A stretch of DNA of 64,000 bases. Origin: the human T2T-CHM13v2.0 reference genome, Homo sapiens. The notes beneath the pieces were generated by a model. That model worked only from the letters and a program-made list of their open reading frames with translations, ran no database searches and was not told the DNA's origin. Position 1 is the stretch's first letter. Every line of letters starts with the position of its first letter. Positions 35,686 to 48,657 of the stretch are shown piece after piece. The position numbers were made by a program, and so were the translations under genes. The DNA lies in NCBI GenBank assembly GCA_009914755.4, contig CP086569.2:21568001-21632000 (forward strand). The letters are read 5' to 3'.

Positions 35686-36129
35686 TAAGGCCTGAGATCA
35701 AAGTGAGGGCAGAGATGGTTTTTTTCTTAGGTCTCTCTCCTTGGCTTGTAGATGCTGTCTTCTCCCCGTTTCCACACATGGTCGTACCTCTGTAGGTGTC
35801 TGTGTCCTAATCCCCTCTTTTCATGAGAACAGCAGTCGCGTTGGGTTAGGGTCGACTGTAGTGACCTCATTTTACACTGCTTAACCTTTGTGAAGTCCCT
35901 GTCTCCAAATATAGCCTTATTCTGAGATCCTAGAAATTGGGGCTTCAAGATACAAATTTTATGGGGACACAGTTTAACCCATAACAGTCGCGATAGGTAA
36001 TGTGAAAACATGTGGAGTGCCACTCACACTATTTATGCAGAAACAGCTGGTGGCTAGATTTCATCCATGAGCTATAATTTGCTGGCCTCAATTACAAAGA
36101 GTAAATAATTGTTTTCCTGGGGAGCATTT

Positions 36130-36410
36130 AGAGACAGGGTATTGCTCTGTCCCCTAGGCTGGGTGCAGTGGTGTAATTATGCCTCACTCTAACCTCTACA
36201 TACTGGGCTTAATCAATCCTCCCGTGTCAGTGTCTTGAGTAGCTGGGACCATAGGCATGTGCCACTGTGTCTGGCTAATTTTTCAATTTTTTGTAAAAAT
36301 GGGGTTTGCCAAGTTGCCTGTGCTGGCATTGAACTACTGGCCTCAAGCAATTCACCATCCTTTGCCTCCCAAAGCACTGGGATTACAGGTGTAAGTTACC
36401 ACACTTGGTC
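36130..36410 (-). mobile_element. older Alu (AluJ-like, minus)
   Basis: gagacagggtattgctctgtcccctaggctgggtgcagtggtg...cactgggattacaggtgtaagttaccacacttggtc. Confidence 0.8.
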
Positions 36411-36625
36411 AAAATAACTTTTTGTTTTTTGGTGAAGTTTAGAGACTGTGAAATTATAAAGAAATCTGATATATTTTCTAAATTGCACAAAAGCCACAAT
36501 TTAGTTAGACTCATTAGAAGTAGTATTACTTAGTACATAAAAACAAGATATTTCTGGAAACAAAAGTGCCCTTTAAATGCCTTCCTCTTGTATTGCCACA
36601 TGTCTCTTTATGTCTCCTGTGACGG

Positions 36626-36756
36626 ATAATCACTGAAAGCCAATGGAAATAGATGGGTATGTTGAGATTCCTCCCAACAAAGCCACAGTCCTTTGGGCCC
36701 ATGAGTCTGAGGTGTTCACTTGTGCCTGGAACTGTCAGTGATTTGCTAGCTTCCAA
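36626..36756 (+). pseudogene. TBL1Y: TBL1Y-like exon, disabled: acceptor AG->GG, in-frame TGA, 2-bp deletion
   Basis: reads (N)[36 protein letters not shown].. vs expected [45 protein letters not shown]; 'gacGGataatcac' in place of acceptor AG; TGA at 36634-36636; 'aactgtcagtga' lacks 2 nt; donor aa|gtaagg. Confidence 0.75.
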
Positions 36757-37147
36757 GTAAGGAAGTCAGGATTGGGGCACTCCAGGGTCAGGGAGATGCA
36801 AGCTGCTTGCCCTTCTCTGGAGTTCTGCCTTAAGGAACATGCACTCCCCTTCTTATCCCAGTTTGGATGGACCCAGAAATGGGTGACTCTATGAGCCACT
36901 TCTCTATGGGTCTCATATTGTGCAGAAGCCATAGTTCAAGTCCTTTTCTCTGTGGGGTGAAGAGTAACACAAGGCAGTTAAAATTACCAAATGCAAAGAT
37001 GGCAAGGACAGAAACAGGCATCCAACGGTATGAAAAAAGGCAGAAGAGCACATGCGGACAATGTCACCTGGCCAGAGAGCAAGCTGTGGTGAGCTTTTCA
37101 TCCCATTTCAACCAAACGCCAGAGCCTCCTGTGTTTTTATTCTGCAG

Positions 37148-37295
37148 ATCTGAAGACTCAACTGCAAAGATATGGAACCTGAATGAGAATGGCAACAGGG
37201 CCTCCACCCAGCTTATGTTAAGGCACCGTATACCAGAAGGGGCCATGACATCCCAAGTAACAAAGATGTCAGATGTCATTTCACTGGACTGGAAC
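37148..37295 (+). pseudogene. TBL1Y: TBL1Y-like exon (WD40 region) with 1-bp deletion and tandem 7-bp duplication (frame lost for ~12 codons, then restored)
   Basis: [49 protein letters not shown] vs [47 protein letters not shown]; 'agatgtc' duplicated at 37264-37277; acceptor ctgcag|, donor aac|gtaagc. Confidence 0.8.
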
Positions 37296-37993
37296 GTAAG
37301 CATCTTCCACCCCCTGGGCACTTTGAAATTGGTAAAATCTGCCAGCCAGGCATGGGTTGCAGTGATGGAATGTGTGCAGACATAGGAGACAGGTGGTCCT
37401 ATGTACTTAGGCCCAACCTGGGGGGCTAGCCACAGAGGTGGTCTTGGCTTCTAAGAGCTCTTAATAAGGCCACGTCAGGCAGACAGTGAGCTGGTTGTTT
37501 GGTAGCCATATCTTTGCATCGTGAACATGTCTTAGCAAAATGAGCCTCTGGTCTCATGGTGGGGAAATAGGCTGGGAGCTATGAGGTATTTCTCCTGGGG
37601 AGACATGAGGTGCAGCCTAGGAAAGGTGCCTCTTCACCTTAGGATTTCAGCAACAAGTGTCATGTGCATTGACACATGGGATGCACACAGTTCCACTGCT
37701 TTTTATTTTCTGCAAAGCGTCATGATAACTTTCATCATGGTGTTTTTAGTTCCGTCACTCATTAGAGAACACAAAGTGGTGAATGGTTCCATTGTGTTTT
37801 CATTGCTCCCTTGTCTCCTTGGTCTTCATGCCGCATATTTGATTTAAGAGCAGGGTGTGCTAACATTGCATGGCACCAACTATTGCCTGAAGAACCCTCT
37901 GGACTTGGGATCCTGAGAGAGGCTCTCTGAGCTTTTTTGGTGCTCCCACTCCTAAGCTGTTTTTGTGAGTTTGTATCTCTTTCTGGCCCTCAG

Positions 37994-38057
37994 AGTGATG
38001 GAACACTATTGGCTACGGGTTCATATGATGGTTTCGCAAGAATATGGACAGAAAATG
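37994..38057 (+). pseudogene. TBL1Y: TBL1Y-like exon, intact ([22 protein letters not shown])
   Basis: perfect WD-repeat peptide; acceptor ccctcag|, donor aatg|gtaagt. Confidence 0.85.
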
Positions 38058-38166
38058 GTAAGTCCTGCACCCCTCCTGCATGGGTCAGGTAAGAGGAGCT
38101 GCCATACATAACCCTTGATTGAACAGACCATGACAACAGAACCAACATGTTTGTTTTTATTAACAG

Positions 38167-38265
38167 GTAACCTGACCAGCACCTCAGGCCAACATAAAGG
38201 CCCTATCTTTGCCCTGAAATGGAGCAAAAAAAGGGAATTATATTTTGAGTACTGGTGTGGACAAA
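38167..38265 (+). pseudogene. TBL1Y: TBL1Y-like exon with +1 frameshift in an A7 run
   Basis: (G)NLTSTSGQHKGPIFALKWSKK then frame lost (REL..); expected ..ALKWNKKGNYVLSAGVDK; A7 at 38226-38232 vs expected A6; acceptor aacag|, donor aaa|gtgagt. Confidence 0.8.
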
Positions 38266-38346
38266 GTGAGTATTAGCTTAAAATATGCCCCTTTGGCCTG
38301 TAGGTGCTTATTTATTTGTTTGTCTTTTACTGTTTTGTGGGGTAGG

Positions 38347-38996
<650 letters not shown>

Positions 38997-39486
38997 AATT
39001 TTTTTAGATCTAAAAATCATGTCTTTTTGGAACTTTTAGGTTTTGTGCTTCCCCTTAAGAAATGGAAAGGGTTGGTTTAGGCTTTGTTTTTATGAGTTTG
39101 ATCTTTTTGTTGATTTGTAGCACATAATCTCTTAATATATTCTGCTGTTCTCTAGACCCTTGTGCAGTTTCCTTTTATGGGAGGTACATGGTTCAGTGAT
39201 TGATAGAGAGAAGAAAATATCCACATTGCATCTGTCAGTTGCTGGAAGGAGCCATGTGATGTGGGGAGTGCACTGCCTAAACTTTCACCCACTGAGGAAC
39301 TTGAGTAGCACAGGCTGTGAGTGTTTCTCAGGCTTCAGTTGTCCTAATTTGATTAACTGCTACTTCCCATTGTAGACGATAGATTTCTCTGAGCAGGAGT
39401 CAGCCTTCCTGGAAGAGTTATGCATTCCCAAGACTCACCAGGAATTCTAAGCCATGGCTTTGGGAAAGAAGCATTATCTAGAATTG

Positions 39487-39514
39487 AAAAAAAAAAAAAA
39501 AAAAAAAAAAAAAA
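39487..39514. repeat. poly(A) ~28 nt
   Basis: uninterrupted A run, no attached Alu body. Confidence 0.8.
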
Positions 39515-41310
39515 CTTACATGTTTTTACATCAACTTTTGTTTCTACAACTGGAAACCATTCCTGAATAACGGATGATGCTCAGGCTTTTATGAGACTTT
39601 GCATTTTGTGATAATGTCAGGATAACTTGAAAATCTTAAGTCACAGGTTTCTGTTGAAAGTTACTATAAAATGATAGACTTGACCTTTATACATTATCCT
39701 ACTCTTAGAGAAGTCATAATTGCATTTGGCAAACTGTGGCACACACAGGACAAGTCTGGCACCTCATCTGTTCTTTTTTTAATAAAGTTTTATTGGCACA
39801 CAGTCACATTCCTTTGTTGGGACTTGTCCACGGTTGTTTTCATGCTGCAACAGCAGAGATGAGCAGCTGTAAGGGAGAAGACATGGTCTTCGAAACCTGC
39901 AATTCCTACTACATGGCCCTTGACAGAAAAAGCTTTCTGACCCCTAGAGTAGGATATAACTAGGTCAAGAAATCATTCATTCATAAGATATCTCACTCTC
40001 TTTTATGTCAAGAAACCCTTCATTCAGACTTGGTAGCCTAGTGTATATTTTAAAAGCTGAGTTGTGGTTGATGCACTAAACATTCCCATTTAGCTACTAT
40101 CAGATTTTTGTCAAGATGTTTTAATTTCAAGTAATGTACATACAAAGCAGTTTGCTGTGCATTCAGTAGGCTCTCAGTAATTGCTGCTTGAGTTATTAAA
40201 AATAACTCATGAAATTGACAGCACTTTTCTTTATCAAGCACTTCACTGTTGTGTTAACTCATCCAGTACTACCCAGATAGGAGACAGGCACAAGTATGAT
40301 GAGTTTGTATATTCTCTGCAGTATTAGATTAGCTTTGGCATGGCTAAATAAAGTAGAGTTATATACTAACATCTAAAGAAATGTTAATAGGCCAAGGGCT
40401 GACCCAAAACCCATGATTACCAAGTTTCAAAGACACTTCTCAGTTTCTTCTAAAAATGCCCACAGTCAACAAACAATAGAATTCATTCTTCTTAAAGAAA
40501 AATCTTGACAGAGAAGTGTAGTTCCCAATTTTGTTGAAAATTCCAGCTGATGAACACAAAATTCCAATGCTATTCATTGAAGTCCTTCTCTAAATAATCT
40601 TCCCTACATCAGTATAAGTTCATAAGAACTAATATGGTCTACATTGCTTTTCTCCTTACTGATAGGCCTATACATTGATGCCTGGTCCCAGTGCATGCCA
40701 GTGACTCTGCCCCCATTTTTACTGCCCCCAGTTCATAGAGTCACAGGCAGAGGCATTTTGAGAAATGGCTTTTTTTTTGCAGCCTTGAACTTGGAAAAAT
40801 TCCAAAAAATCTTTAGAGATGCTTTGTTCTAGGTTTTTTAACAGTTTTCTGCATTTGGGGATGAGGAAGAATTTTGGCAGTTTTTGCAAGTGTTGGTTAG
40901 GCATGCTCTGATCTTAAAACTGACACCAGCATCTCTGGCTGATGGGCTCATCAAATGTGGCTATCCAGATTTCTAAGTATAAAACATGCTGTACTTCAAA
41001 GACTGAGGATGGGAAGAAAAGAAAGCAGATAGTGCAGTAAGATTTTGATAATGCTTACATGTTGAGATGGTATCCTTTAGGGAATATGGGAGTAAAATAA
41101 AAGATTGTTAATGAATCTTACATTTTTTTTTTAATTTTTAATGTGGATCCTAGAGAATTAAAACTAGTCCATGAGGCTTGCTTTCTATCTGCATCGGATA
41201 GTGCTGATTTATAAGGAGAGAGGCTCACTGTCTTTTCTCGTAAGATACATGTTACTAGAGAAAACTTTGCAGGAGTAATTACTAACTTTCCCTTTGTTTG
41301 CAGAGCACAG

Positions 41311-41371
41311 ACAACAATAATTTGGGATGCTCACACAGGAGAAACCAAACAGCAGTTTCCTTTTCATTCAG
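41311..41371 (+). pseudogene. TBL1Y: TBL1Y-like exon, intact ([20 protein letters not shown])
   Basis: acceptor agcacag|acaacaata.., donor ttcag|gtgagt; 1 aa difference from TBL1Y/TBL1X. Confidence 0.85.
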
Positions 41372-41410
41372 GTGAGTTTTTATGTTTGCATTTTATAATT
41401 TGAAAATAAT

Positions 41411-41830
41411 TCAAAACTAGGCTGGGTGTGGTGGCTCACACATACAATCCAAGCACTTTGGGAGGCTGAGACATGAGGTTCACTTGAGTCCAAGAGTTCA
41501 AGACCTGCCTGGGCAACATAGCAAGACCCTATCTCAACCAAAATTACAAGAAAAGAAAGGAAAAAAAAAAAGAAAAGAAAAGGAAAGAAAAGAAAAGGGA
41601 AAAGGAAATGGAAAGGGAGAGGAAGAGGAGGGGAGGGGAGAAGAGGGGAAGGGAGGGGAAGGGAGGGAGCAAGGCATGGTGACACACACCTGTAGTCCCA
41701 GCTACCCAGAAGGCTGACGTCAGCAGGAGGATTGCTTGAGCCCAGGTGATTGAGGTTGCAGTGAGCTATGATTGCACTACTGCACTCCAGCCTGGTTGAC
41801 AGAGGGAGATCTTGTCTCTAATAAATACAA
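41411..41830 (+). mobile_element. Alu element whose middle A-rich linker is expanded into a ~120-bp purine (GA/GGA) tract
   Basis: ggctgggtgtggtggctcacacatacaatcc..; 41548-41668 = aaagaaagg..gaaaaggaaatggaaagggagaggaagaggaggggaggggagaagaggggaagggagg; right arm ..gcatggtgacacacacctgtagtcccagctac.. Confidence 0.85.
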
Positions 41831-43655
41831 ACACATAATAACAATAATTTAGACTTATATGAAATGCCCCTTAAAGTAAATGTGAATACACAGAACACAG
41901 AGCCCAGGGAGCCTATTTGGTCAGAAGGAGACCCATTTTGTGGCAAGCATTGCTCATAAGGTTTGCAAGATACAGATGACTTTGGCACTTGTCTACTCAC
42001 AACTCTCAAACACAGCAGTGAACCAGCCACAGAATCAGTGCAGCCCCCTTTCTTTTGTAATTCCAAGAGGGATGCTGCTTTGGGGGCTCCCCAAAACCAC
42101 ACCCAGGATTGCAACTTTGCTGCAAGGACTCCCAGGACTCAGCATATTCACAGCTAAGGTTCCTAATAGCACAATAATTTAGTGCAACATCAGTAAAGGG
42201 AAACAATACACATGGCCAAATCCAGAGCTTCAAAGGCTCCACTCCCAGTGGACTCTCACAGACCATGCTGAATTCTTCCAGAAATAAGTTGTAACTATAT
42301 CTGTGAAGTGTTTTCTAGCAGGCAAGCTCCATAGAGCCTCAGTGCCTAGGGTTTTTATTGGGAATTGGTTACATAGGCACCCATGGCCCAGCGCAAGCCA
42401 AAACTGCAGACCCTTGAAGGAGAGAGGGTGTGTGACATAAACTCACTATTTGCACCAGTGTTGGCAGAGTGAGCTACTTGCCTCTGTTAGTCAAGGGCAG
42501 GAACTCTTCAGACACCTAAATTCTCAGTCACTAGCCAAGGACTGGCCTTGCAAGCAGGCCTTTGTACAAGAGCAACCTTAGGCCTATGGTGTTAGTTCCT
42601 TCTTGCACAGATGTGAGGCTGCTGCTCTGGACATAACCACATCCATTTGCATGTGGGGGCCAGTCCAGGCCACATGCAGCACCTGGAGTCTAGAATCTGC
42701 AGAGATTCTGATTTACCAGTTTCCTACGTGAGTCTGCATTTTCTTTCCCAAGTTTCTTATCTGTGTATCTCAGTTCTGTTGTTAGATGTGGCCTCTTACA
42801 TTAAAACAAAGACTGGTGGCCACCCCTAGAGCTAACAGACTATTGGAAGACTTTAGACTTGTTTAAAGTGAACAAAAGGGAGTAGGTGCCACTTCCCTTA
42901 TTGACAAATGCCTGATACATCTTGAGGGAATCAATCCCTCAATGTCTGGGAGAAAAGTTGATTATTATATCACTTGTCCTTGGAGCACTGTCCAGGAGGA
43001 GATCTAAGTGTCTTTCCTGTCGGACAGTTTGGAGTGCTTAAATGGTATTCTGAATGGGAGTGCTAACCTCAAAAACTGTCCAAGATGGTACAGCACAACT
43101 CAGTTCCTGGGGAGGGCTCCAAGCAGGGCACATGGGTCCTGCAGGAGACAAGACCATGAGCCAGAAGTCCTGTTAAGGCATAATGCATGGGCGTCCACGT
43201 CTGTCATTCCACATGGTACCACAGCAGGGACTCTTCCTCATATAGGCAGTGCAGAGAGTGAGGGAGACCCAGGGAAGACACTGTTTCTGCCCTGCTGCCC
43301 TGGAGAGGAAGAGAATCTCCTCTGTGGCCACTCCTGCACAGCTTGGGACCTTCATCAAACACACCTCTTAGGGCTGCCAGTGAAATTAGTTTTTGGTGTT
43401 GCTTTAATTGAACACCATTGATGAGGCAGAAGGTGCTAAGACAAATAGCTCCAAATGCAGGCAGTACATGGACTACCTCATTCAGGAAGTGTTTTTCACC
43501 CCAAAAGGGAAACTCTGAAGCTGCAGCAAACTGTGATCACACCACTGCACTTCAGCCTAGGCAATAGAGTGAGATCTCTTTAAGTTAATTTTTTAAAAAG
43601 GAAATTTGAGAACTAAGAAATATAATGTCAGCATTGAAAATGTTAGTAGGTAGGT

Positions 43656-43958
43656 GTATTGGGCTGTTCTTGGATTACTATAAAGAAATACCTGAGACTG
43701 GATAATTTATAAGAGGTTTAATTGGTTCAAAGTCCTGAAGCTGTACAGAAAGCATCTGCTTCTGGGCATGCCTCAGAAAGCTTACAACAATGACAGAAGG
43801 TGAAAGGCAAGCAGGAGTCTCACATGGCTAAAGCAGGGGCAAGAGACATGAGGGATCTGCCTCCATAATCCAGACACCTCCCACCAGGGCCCACCTCCAG
43901 CACTGGGAATTATAATTCAACCTGAGATTTGGGTGGGGTAAAATATCCAACCACATCA
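43656..43958 (-). mobile_element. THE1/MST-family (MaLR) solo LTR, minus strand
   Basis: tgtattgggctgttcttggattactataaagaaatacctgagactggataatttataagaggtttaattgg...gggaattataattcaacctgagatttgggtggggtaaaatatccaaccacatca = rc of TGATATGGTTTGGCTGTGTCCCCACCCAAATCTC...TACA. Confidence 0.65.
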
Positions 43959-45044
43959 GTGGGTTTAACAGCCTGGGACAATATCAGACAGCCTAAAAGA
44001 TATGTGCATAATGGGGAAAGAAGAAAGAATGAAGCAGAAAAATCATTTGAGGTAAAAATGACCAATTTGTTTCTATATTTGGTGGAAAACATCATCATTT
44101 AATTTGAGAAGTTCAGGAAATCCTAAGAGGAATAAATATAAAAAGAACCATACCTACCCACCTAGGCATGTGGTATAAAACATCAAAATCAATGACAAAA
44201 GAAATCCTAAAAGTAAGCAGAGGCTGAAAATGTTCCCACTATATACTGGGGAACAACAATATGAACAACAACAAACTTAACAAATTCTTCAGTATGGACT
44301 CTGAGGCTCTTTCTGGTCTTTCATCAAATCTCTCTCAAATTCTCCAATTTCTATGATCTCTACCTTACTTCTGCAATTGCCAGTATACTGTTAAACCATT
44401 TATTAGCCTTGACCTCCTGGGCTAGTGTCCAAAAATGCCCTGTGCCTCTGTCCTCCTAAAGGCAGGTGCAGCCAAGCACCTCAATCTGTGCTAAGATCTT
44501 CCTGGAACACTCCCTGACTTAGACTCTCACAGCAGCCCTCACTCTGACACATATGCTTCTCCACCCTCCAGGCCCATTTATGTGTCCTCTGCACACCCTG
44601 TGGAAGATTCATGGCACCTCCTGAGCTCCCACTGCCCTTGTGAATGCCACACACCTGATAGTGGCTGCTGGCCTGTATGCCTGCCTCTTCCAGAAAATAT
44701 AGAGCACATCAACAGTGAGCCCAGGAGGGCTCACGGTGTCTCAACTTTTTCTCACCAGCGACTAGAATATCTTTCCATGGTTGGTGTAGTCCCCTGTTAA
44801 AGCAGGAAAGGATGATCACAGTCCCTGTAGATTTGTCATCATGCCAGTAACTTAAATGATGTAAATTCTTTTGTCCTCATTCCCCTACTGCCCACCTCTC
44901 CCTGCCCCTGTCCCAAGGGTCCCCACCCCAAAGGAAGGCACTTTTAGAGTACAGGAACATATTGTCCTGTTAATATCTCCTTGCTCCAAAGTGACTCTCT
45001 TTTACTGGTCTAAACTTATCTCCCCTAACCCTGGACTAGTCTCA

Positions 45045-45365
45045 GTTTTTATTTTTGTTTTTGTTTGTTTGTTTGCTTTGGGATGGAGTCTCACTTTGTT
45101 GGCCAGGCTGGAGTGCAGTGGCATGATCTTGGCTCACTGACTGCAAGCTCTGCATCCCAGATTCACGCCATTCTCCTGCCTCAGCCTCCCAAGTAGCTGG
45201 GACTATAGGTGCCCACCACCACACCCGGCTAATTTTTTTGTACTTTTAGTAGAGACGGGTTTTCACCGTGTTAGCCAGGATGGTCTCAGTCTCCTGGCCT
45301 CATTATCTGCCCACCTCAGCCCCCCAAAGTGCTGGGATTACAGGCATGAGCCACTGCACCCAGCC
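45045..45365 (-). mobile_element. Alu element (minus)
   Basis: T-rich tail, ggatggagtctcactttgttggccaggctggagtgcagtggcatgatc...ggcatgagccactgcacccagcc. Confidence 0.9.
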
Positions 45366-45738
45366 TATCCTCAAGGTTTTAATAGAGCTGCACACAGTAT
45401 CCTTGGTTCCCAGCTGTCCTGCCCTGGACCTTGCCATCAGCATGGGACTTAGCCCTTTAAGTGGGTCTTACTGTGGCCAATGGCCCTAAACAAAGCTCCA
45501 GGTCAGTGGGGTTGAGTGGAGACCCATGAGCCAACTCTGGAGGCCACCCAGGAACTGGGACTTGGATTGGAGGCTGTAGGATCAACTCTCAGGAAAAAAT
45601 TTGTTCCTTTATATGGGTTTGGATACAGAGAGGCCAAGGTGACCGGCTCCACATTCTGGGCCGATGGGTTTTCCTTTCCACAGCTGCAGTGAGAGCCTCC
45701 CTTGCTAGCCTAGCACCCACACTGACACTCACACATAC

Positions 45739-46240
45739 TGAAGTATGCTCACACTCTCTCAGCTCCCTCTTCCGTGGACCCCTCCAGCCTCCCTGGTCTC
45801 TCCGGGCAGTCTGCTCCTGGCACAAACATTCGTGCTCACAGGCACCTAAGCATGTTCTCATCTCCCTCTTCAGCAGGCCCCTTCTGCCCTCCCTGGGCTC
45901 TTCTGGCAGGCTGCTCCTGGGTCATATATCCACGTTCATAGACACCTAAGCCTGCTCACACTCTCAACCTCTTCTCCAACCGGTCTGCTCCACCCTTTCC
46001 AGATTCTCCCAGCAGCCTTCTGGAACAGACATCCATGCTCATAGACACATAAGCATGCTCACAGCCCCCTTTTCAATAGGCCTTGTCTGCCCTCCTGGCC
46101 ATCCCAGCAGTCTGCTCCTGGAAGACACATCCATTCTCATAGACACCTTTGCGGGCTCACACTCTGTCAGGCCCCTCTTCAGCCAGCCCCCTCCACCCTC
46201 CATGGGATTTCACAGCAGCCTGTTCCTTGGCCATCATGCT
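45739..46240. repeat. divergent minisatellite, ~100-bp unit x ~5
   Basis: units each contain ..gctcaca(c/g)..cctcttc(a/c)..ccctccctgg..tctgctcctgg..acatcca(t/c)g(c/t)tcatagacac(c/a)taagc.. Confidence 0.7.
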
Positions 46241-47000
46241 TCTTCCTCCATTTCCTGGGCCACCTATACCACAAAGAACACACAGGTGGCTTGTCACTGT
46301 CCTGTTCACACCCTTCAAAACTCAGTGTCCTTAGAAAGCAGAGTGACCATACAGTTTATCATCCAAACTGGAGCCCTCAGGAGTTTGAAAATATTTAGAA
46401 AATTAATTTTCCTTGTGAAATTAGTTAATTGGTAGGCCAGGACGATAGGCATCAGATAGTGGGAGTGTATGGGGCATATGGAACCCTATTGTCACTCCTT
46501 AGGAAGGATCTTGCCCCATTTCTCCTGTGCAGGCTGTTCCCCAGCTAAGCCTTTGCTGCAAGTGGTTCACTTATATGTGTCTGTTTCAGTGTGTCCTTTT
46601 CTGCCTTGGTCCCTGATGACTTTGAACTTTATCTTCCACGGTTTAGCCTCAGAGTGTCCAAGTGTCCGGACCTGTAGGTTCCAGTGCTCACCCTGCGCTT
46701 TTATATATCTGGTTGTTTGCAGTGGATCAGGAGCCCCTGGCCAGGATTTTGCCGGTGTTGTTTGTTTCTGCTGCTCAGCACTTGCCTTTCATTTCCTTTG
46801 CACGTGTGTATCTGTCTGTGTGCATTTTGGTCACCTGTCTTCCATCTAAGTCAGCCCTTACCCAGCTTGAACTCCACAAGAGCTGAGGCTTCACTTCTTG
46901 AGTTTATCCCTCCCTCCATTTCCACTCACCTTCAGGGACAAATGCCTTGTAAAGGGTGTAGGCGTGGGAAGGAATTGTTGGATTAAAAGTGCACAGAACT

Positions 47001-47310
47001 GGCTGGGCGCAGTGGCTCATGCCTGGAATCCCAGCACTTTGGAAGGCCGAGGCAGGTGGATCATCTGAGGTCAGGAGTTCAAGACAAGCCTTACTAACAT
47101 GGAGAAACCCTGTCTCTACTAAAAACACAAAATTAGCTGGGTGTGGTGGCCCATGCCTGTCATCCCAGCTACTCGGGAGGCTAAGGCAGGAGAATCGCCT
47201 GACCCTGGGAGATAAGAGGTTGTGGTGAGCAGAGATCATGCCATTGCATTCCAGAATGGGCAACAAGAGCAAAACTCAACCTCAAGAAAACAAAAACAAA
47301 AACAAATAAA
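47001..47310 (+). mobile_element. Alu element (plus)
   Basis: ggctgggcgcagtggctcatgcctggaatcccagcactttggaaggccgaggcaggtggatcatctgaggtcaggagttcaagac..; A-rich tail (caaaaacaaaaacaaataaatg). Confidence 0.9.
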
Positions 47311-47321
47311 TGCATAGGAGA

Positions 47322-47760
47322 CCTGACATGGTGGCACATTCCTATAATCCCAGTACTTTGAGAGGCCAAGGCCAGAGGGTTGCTTGAGCCTGGGAATTCA
47401 AGACTCAAGACCAGCTTGGGAAACCCTATCTAGATAAAAATGCAAAAAAAAAAAAAAAAATTAGCTGGACGTGGTGGTGTCTGCATTTCATCCCAGACAT
47501 CTTAGAGGTAGGGATGGGAAGACAGCTTGAGCCCAGCAGCCTGGCAGTTCAAGACTACTTTCTGCAACCTATCTCTATCAAAAGAGAAAAAAAAATTAGC
47601 TGGGCCTGGTAGTGCCTGCCTTTAGTCCCAGCAATTTGGGAGGTTGAGGCAGGAGGATTGCTTGAGTTCAGGAGGTAAGGCTGCAGTGAGCTAGGATCAA
47701 GCCACTGAACACAAACCTGAGCAACAGCAAAACCCTCCCTCAAAAATAAAATAAAAATAA
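47322..47760 (+). mobile_element. cluster of three Alu monomer-length fragments (FLAM/FRAM-like) each with its own A-tail
   Basis: 47322-47460, 47461-47596, 47597-47760 each read ..ggtggcacattcctataatcccag.. / ..gctggacgtggtggtgtctgc.. / ..gctgggcctggtagtgcctgcctttagtcccagcaatttgggaggttgaggcaggagg.. Confidence 0.6.
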
Positions 47761-48120
47761 AGAATGCTTAGGAAAGTAATTTTCAAAGCCCAGTTTTTTA
47801 AATAACTGGTTTTATTTGCTGCGTTTTAAGATACATGAATTATTCACTTGCCTTCCTTCCTTGCAGGGATGTTTTCTTCTTAAAGAAATATGGATGAGAG
47901 TGGCTGGTGATGTGTGGGATATGGATGTGGTTTTATATAAACAAAAAAGGCAAAGTGAGAAAAAGAGGAAACTAGAAGGCTGGTTGGGCTGTGCTCTTCG
48001 ATTTCAGGCTGAAGCCAAAGGACTTCTGCAGCAATGGTGCTGCGCTGCTGTCCCCTGCTGGAAGGTGACCTCATCTACTCACAGGCCCTGATGTCTTTTT
48101 CAGATTCTGCTTTCTTTGAG

Positions 48121-48194
48121 AATGAGGTCAACATATCAAATGGGATCCTTCTGGAATGTTGCTGGCATCCTGCTCTGATGACATGACATTGAAG
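48121..48194 (+). pseudogene. TBL1Y: TBL1Y-like exon with 1-bp deletion (74 nt instead of 75)
   Basis: NEVN then frame lost; nucleotide sequence otherwise equals codons for [25 protein letters not shown]; acceptor tttctttgag|, donor gaag|gtagcg. Confidence 0.8.
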
Positions 48195-48531
48195 GTAGCG
48201 TTGGCATCGCAAGGAGTGGGCTGTTTATCCCAGACAAACCCTGGCACTCGACGCCAATCTCATGGTCATTCTTCCATGAGGATTATCTGTTACTGACCAG
48301 GGTGAGCTTTATTTGTTACTGGCCAGGCTCCCTTCCTCTGTTATCCAATGAACTCCGATTTCTCAGTGGGGTCCCGGTGAGAATCCAAGCCTTCCTGCTG
48401 GCTTTCTCACCACTGCGTACAACCCCGCCGTGGGCCAGCAGCCTTACGTGTGCACCCCAGAGGAATTATGCCACATCATTCCCGGGTGCAGGAATGGCTT
48501 TTGCTCCTGTTGTGGCCGGTGTGTCCTGTAG

Positions 48532-48657
48532 ATCTGGAGTATGAAGCAGGACGCATGCATCCACGATCTTTAGGCTCACAGCCAAGAGATCTATACCATC
48601 AAGTGGAGCCCCACCGGGCCTCTGCCAGCAAGCCAAAACCTACATCACGTTGGCAAA
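48532..48657 (+). pseudogene. TBL1Y: TBL1Y-like exon with nonsense codon (CAG->TAG) and diverged/frameshifted 3' part
   Basis: [29 protein letters not shown]... vs [43 protein letters not shown]; TAG at 48571-48573; 'DAC' and 'AHS' are Y-paralog residues; acceptor cctgtag|, donor aaa|gtaagg. Confidence 0.8.

Noticed and set aside
36867-37385. 172-aa plus-strand ORF (largest in the window) containing ..[24 protein letters not shown]..
   Set aside because: It is a read-through of the TBL1Y-like exon at 37148-37295 into both flanking introns. Only the exon part has homology, and the exon itself carries frameshifts.
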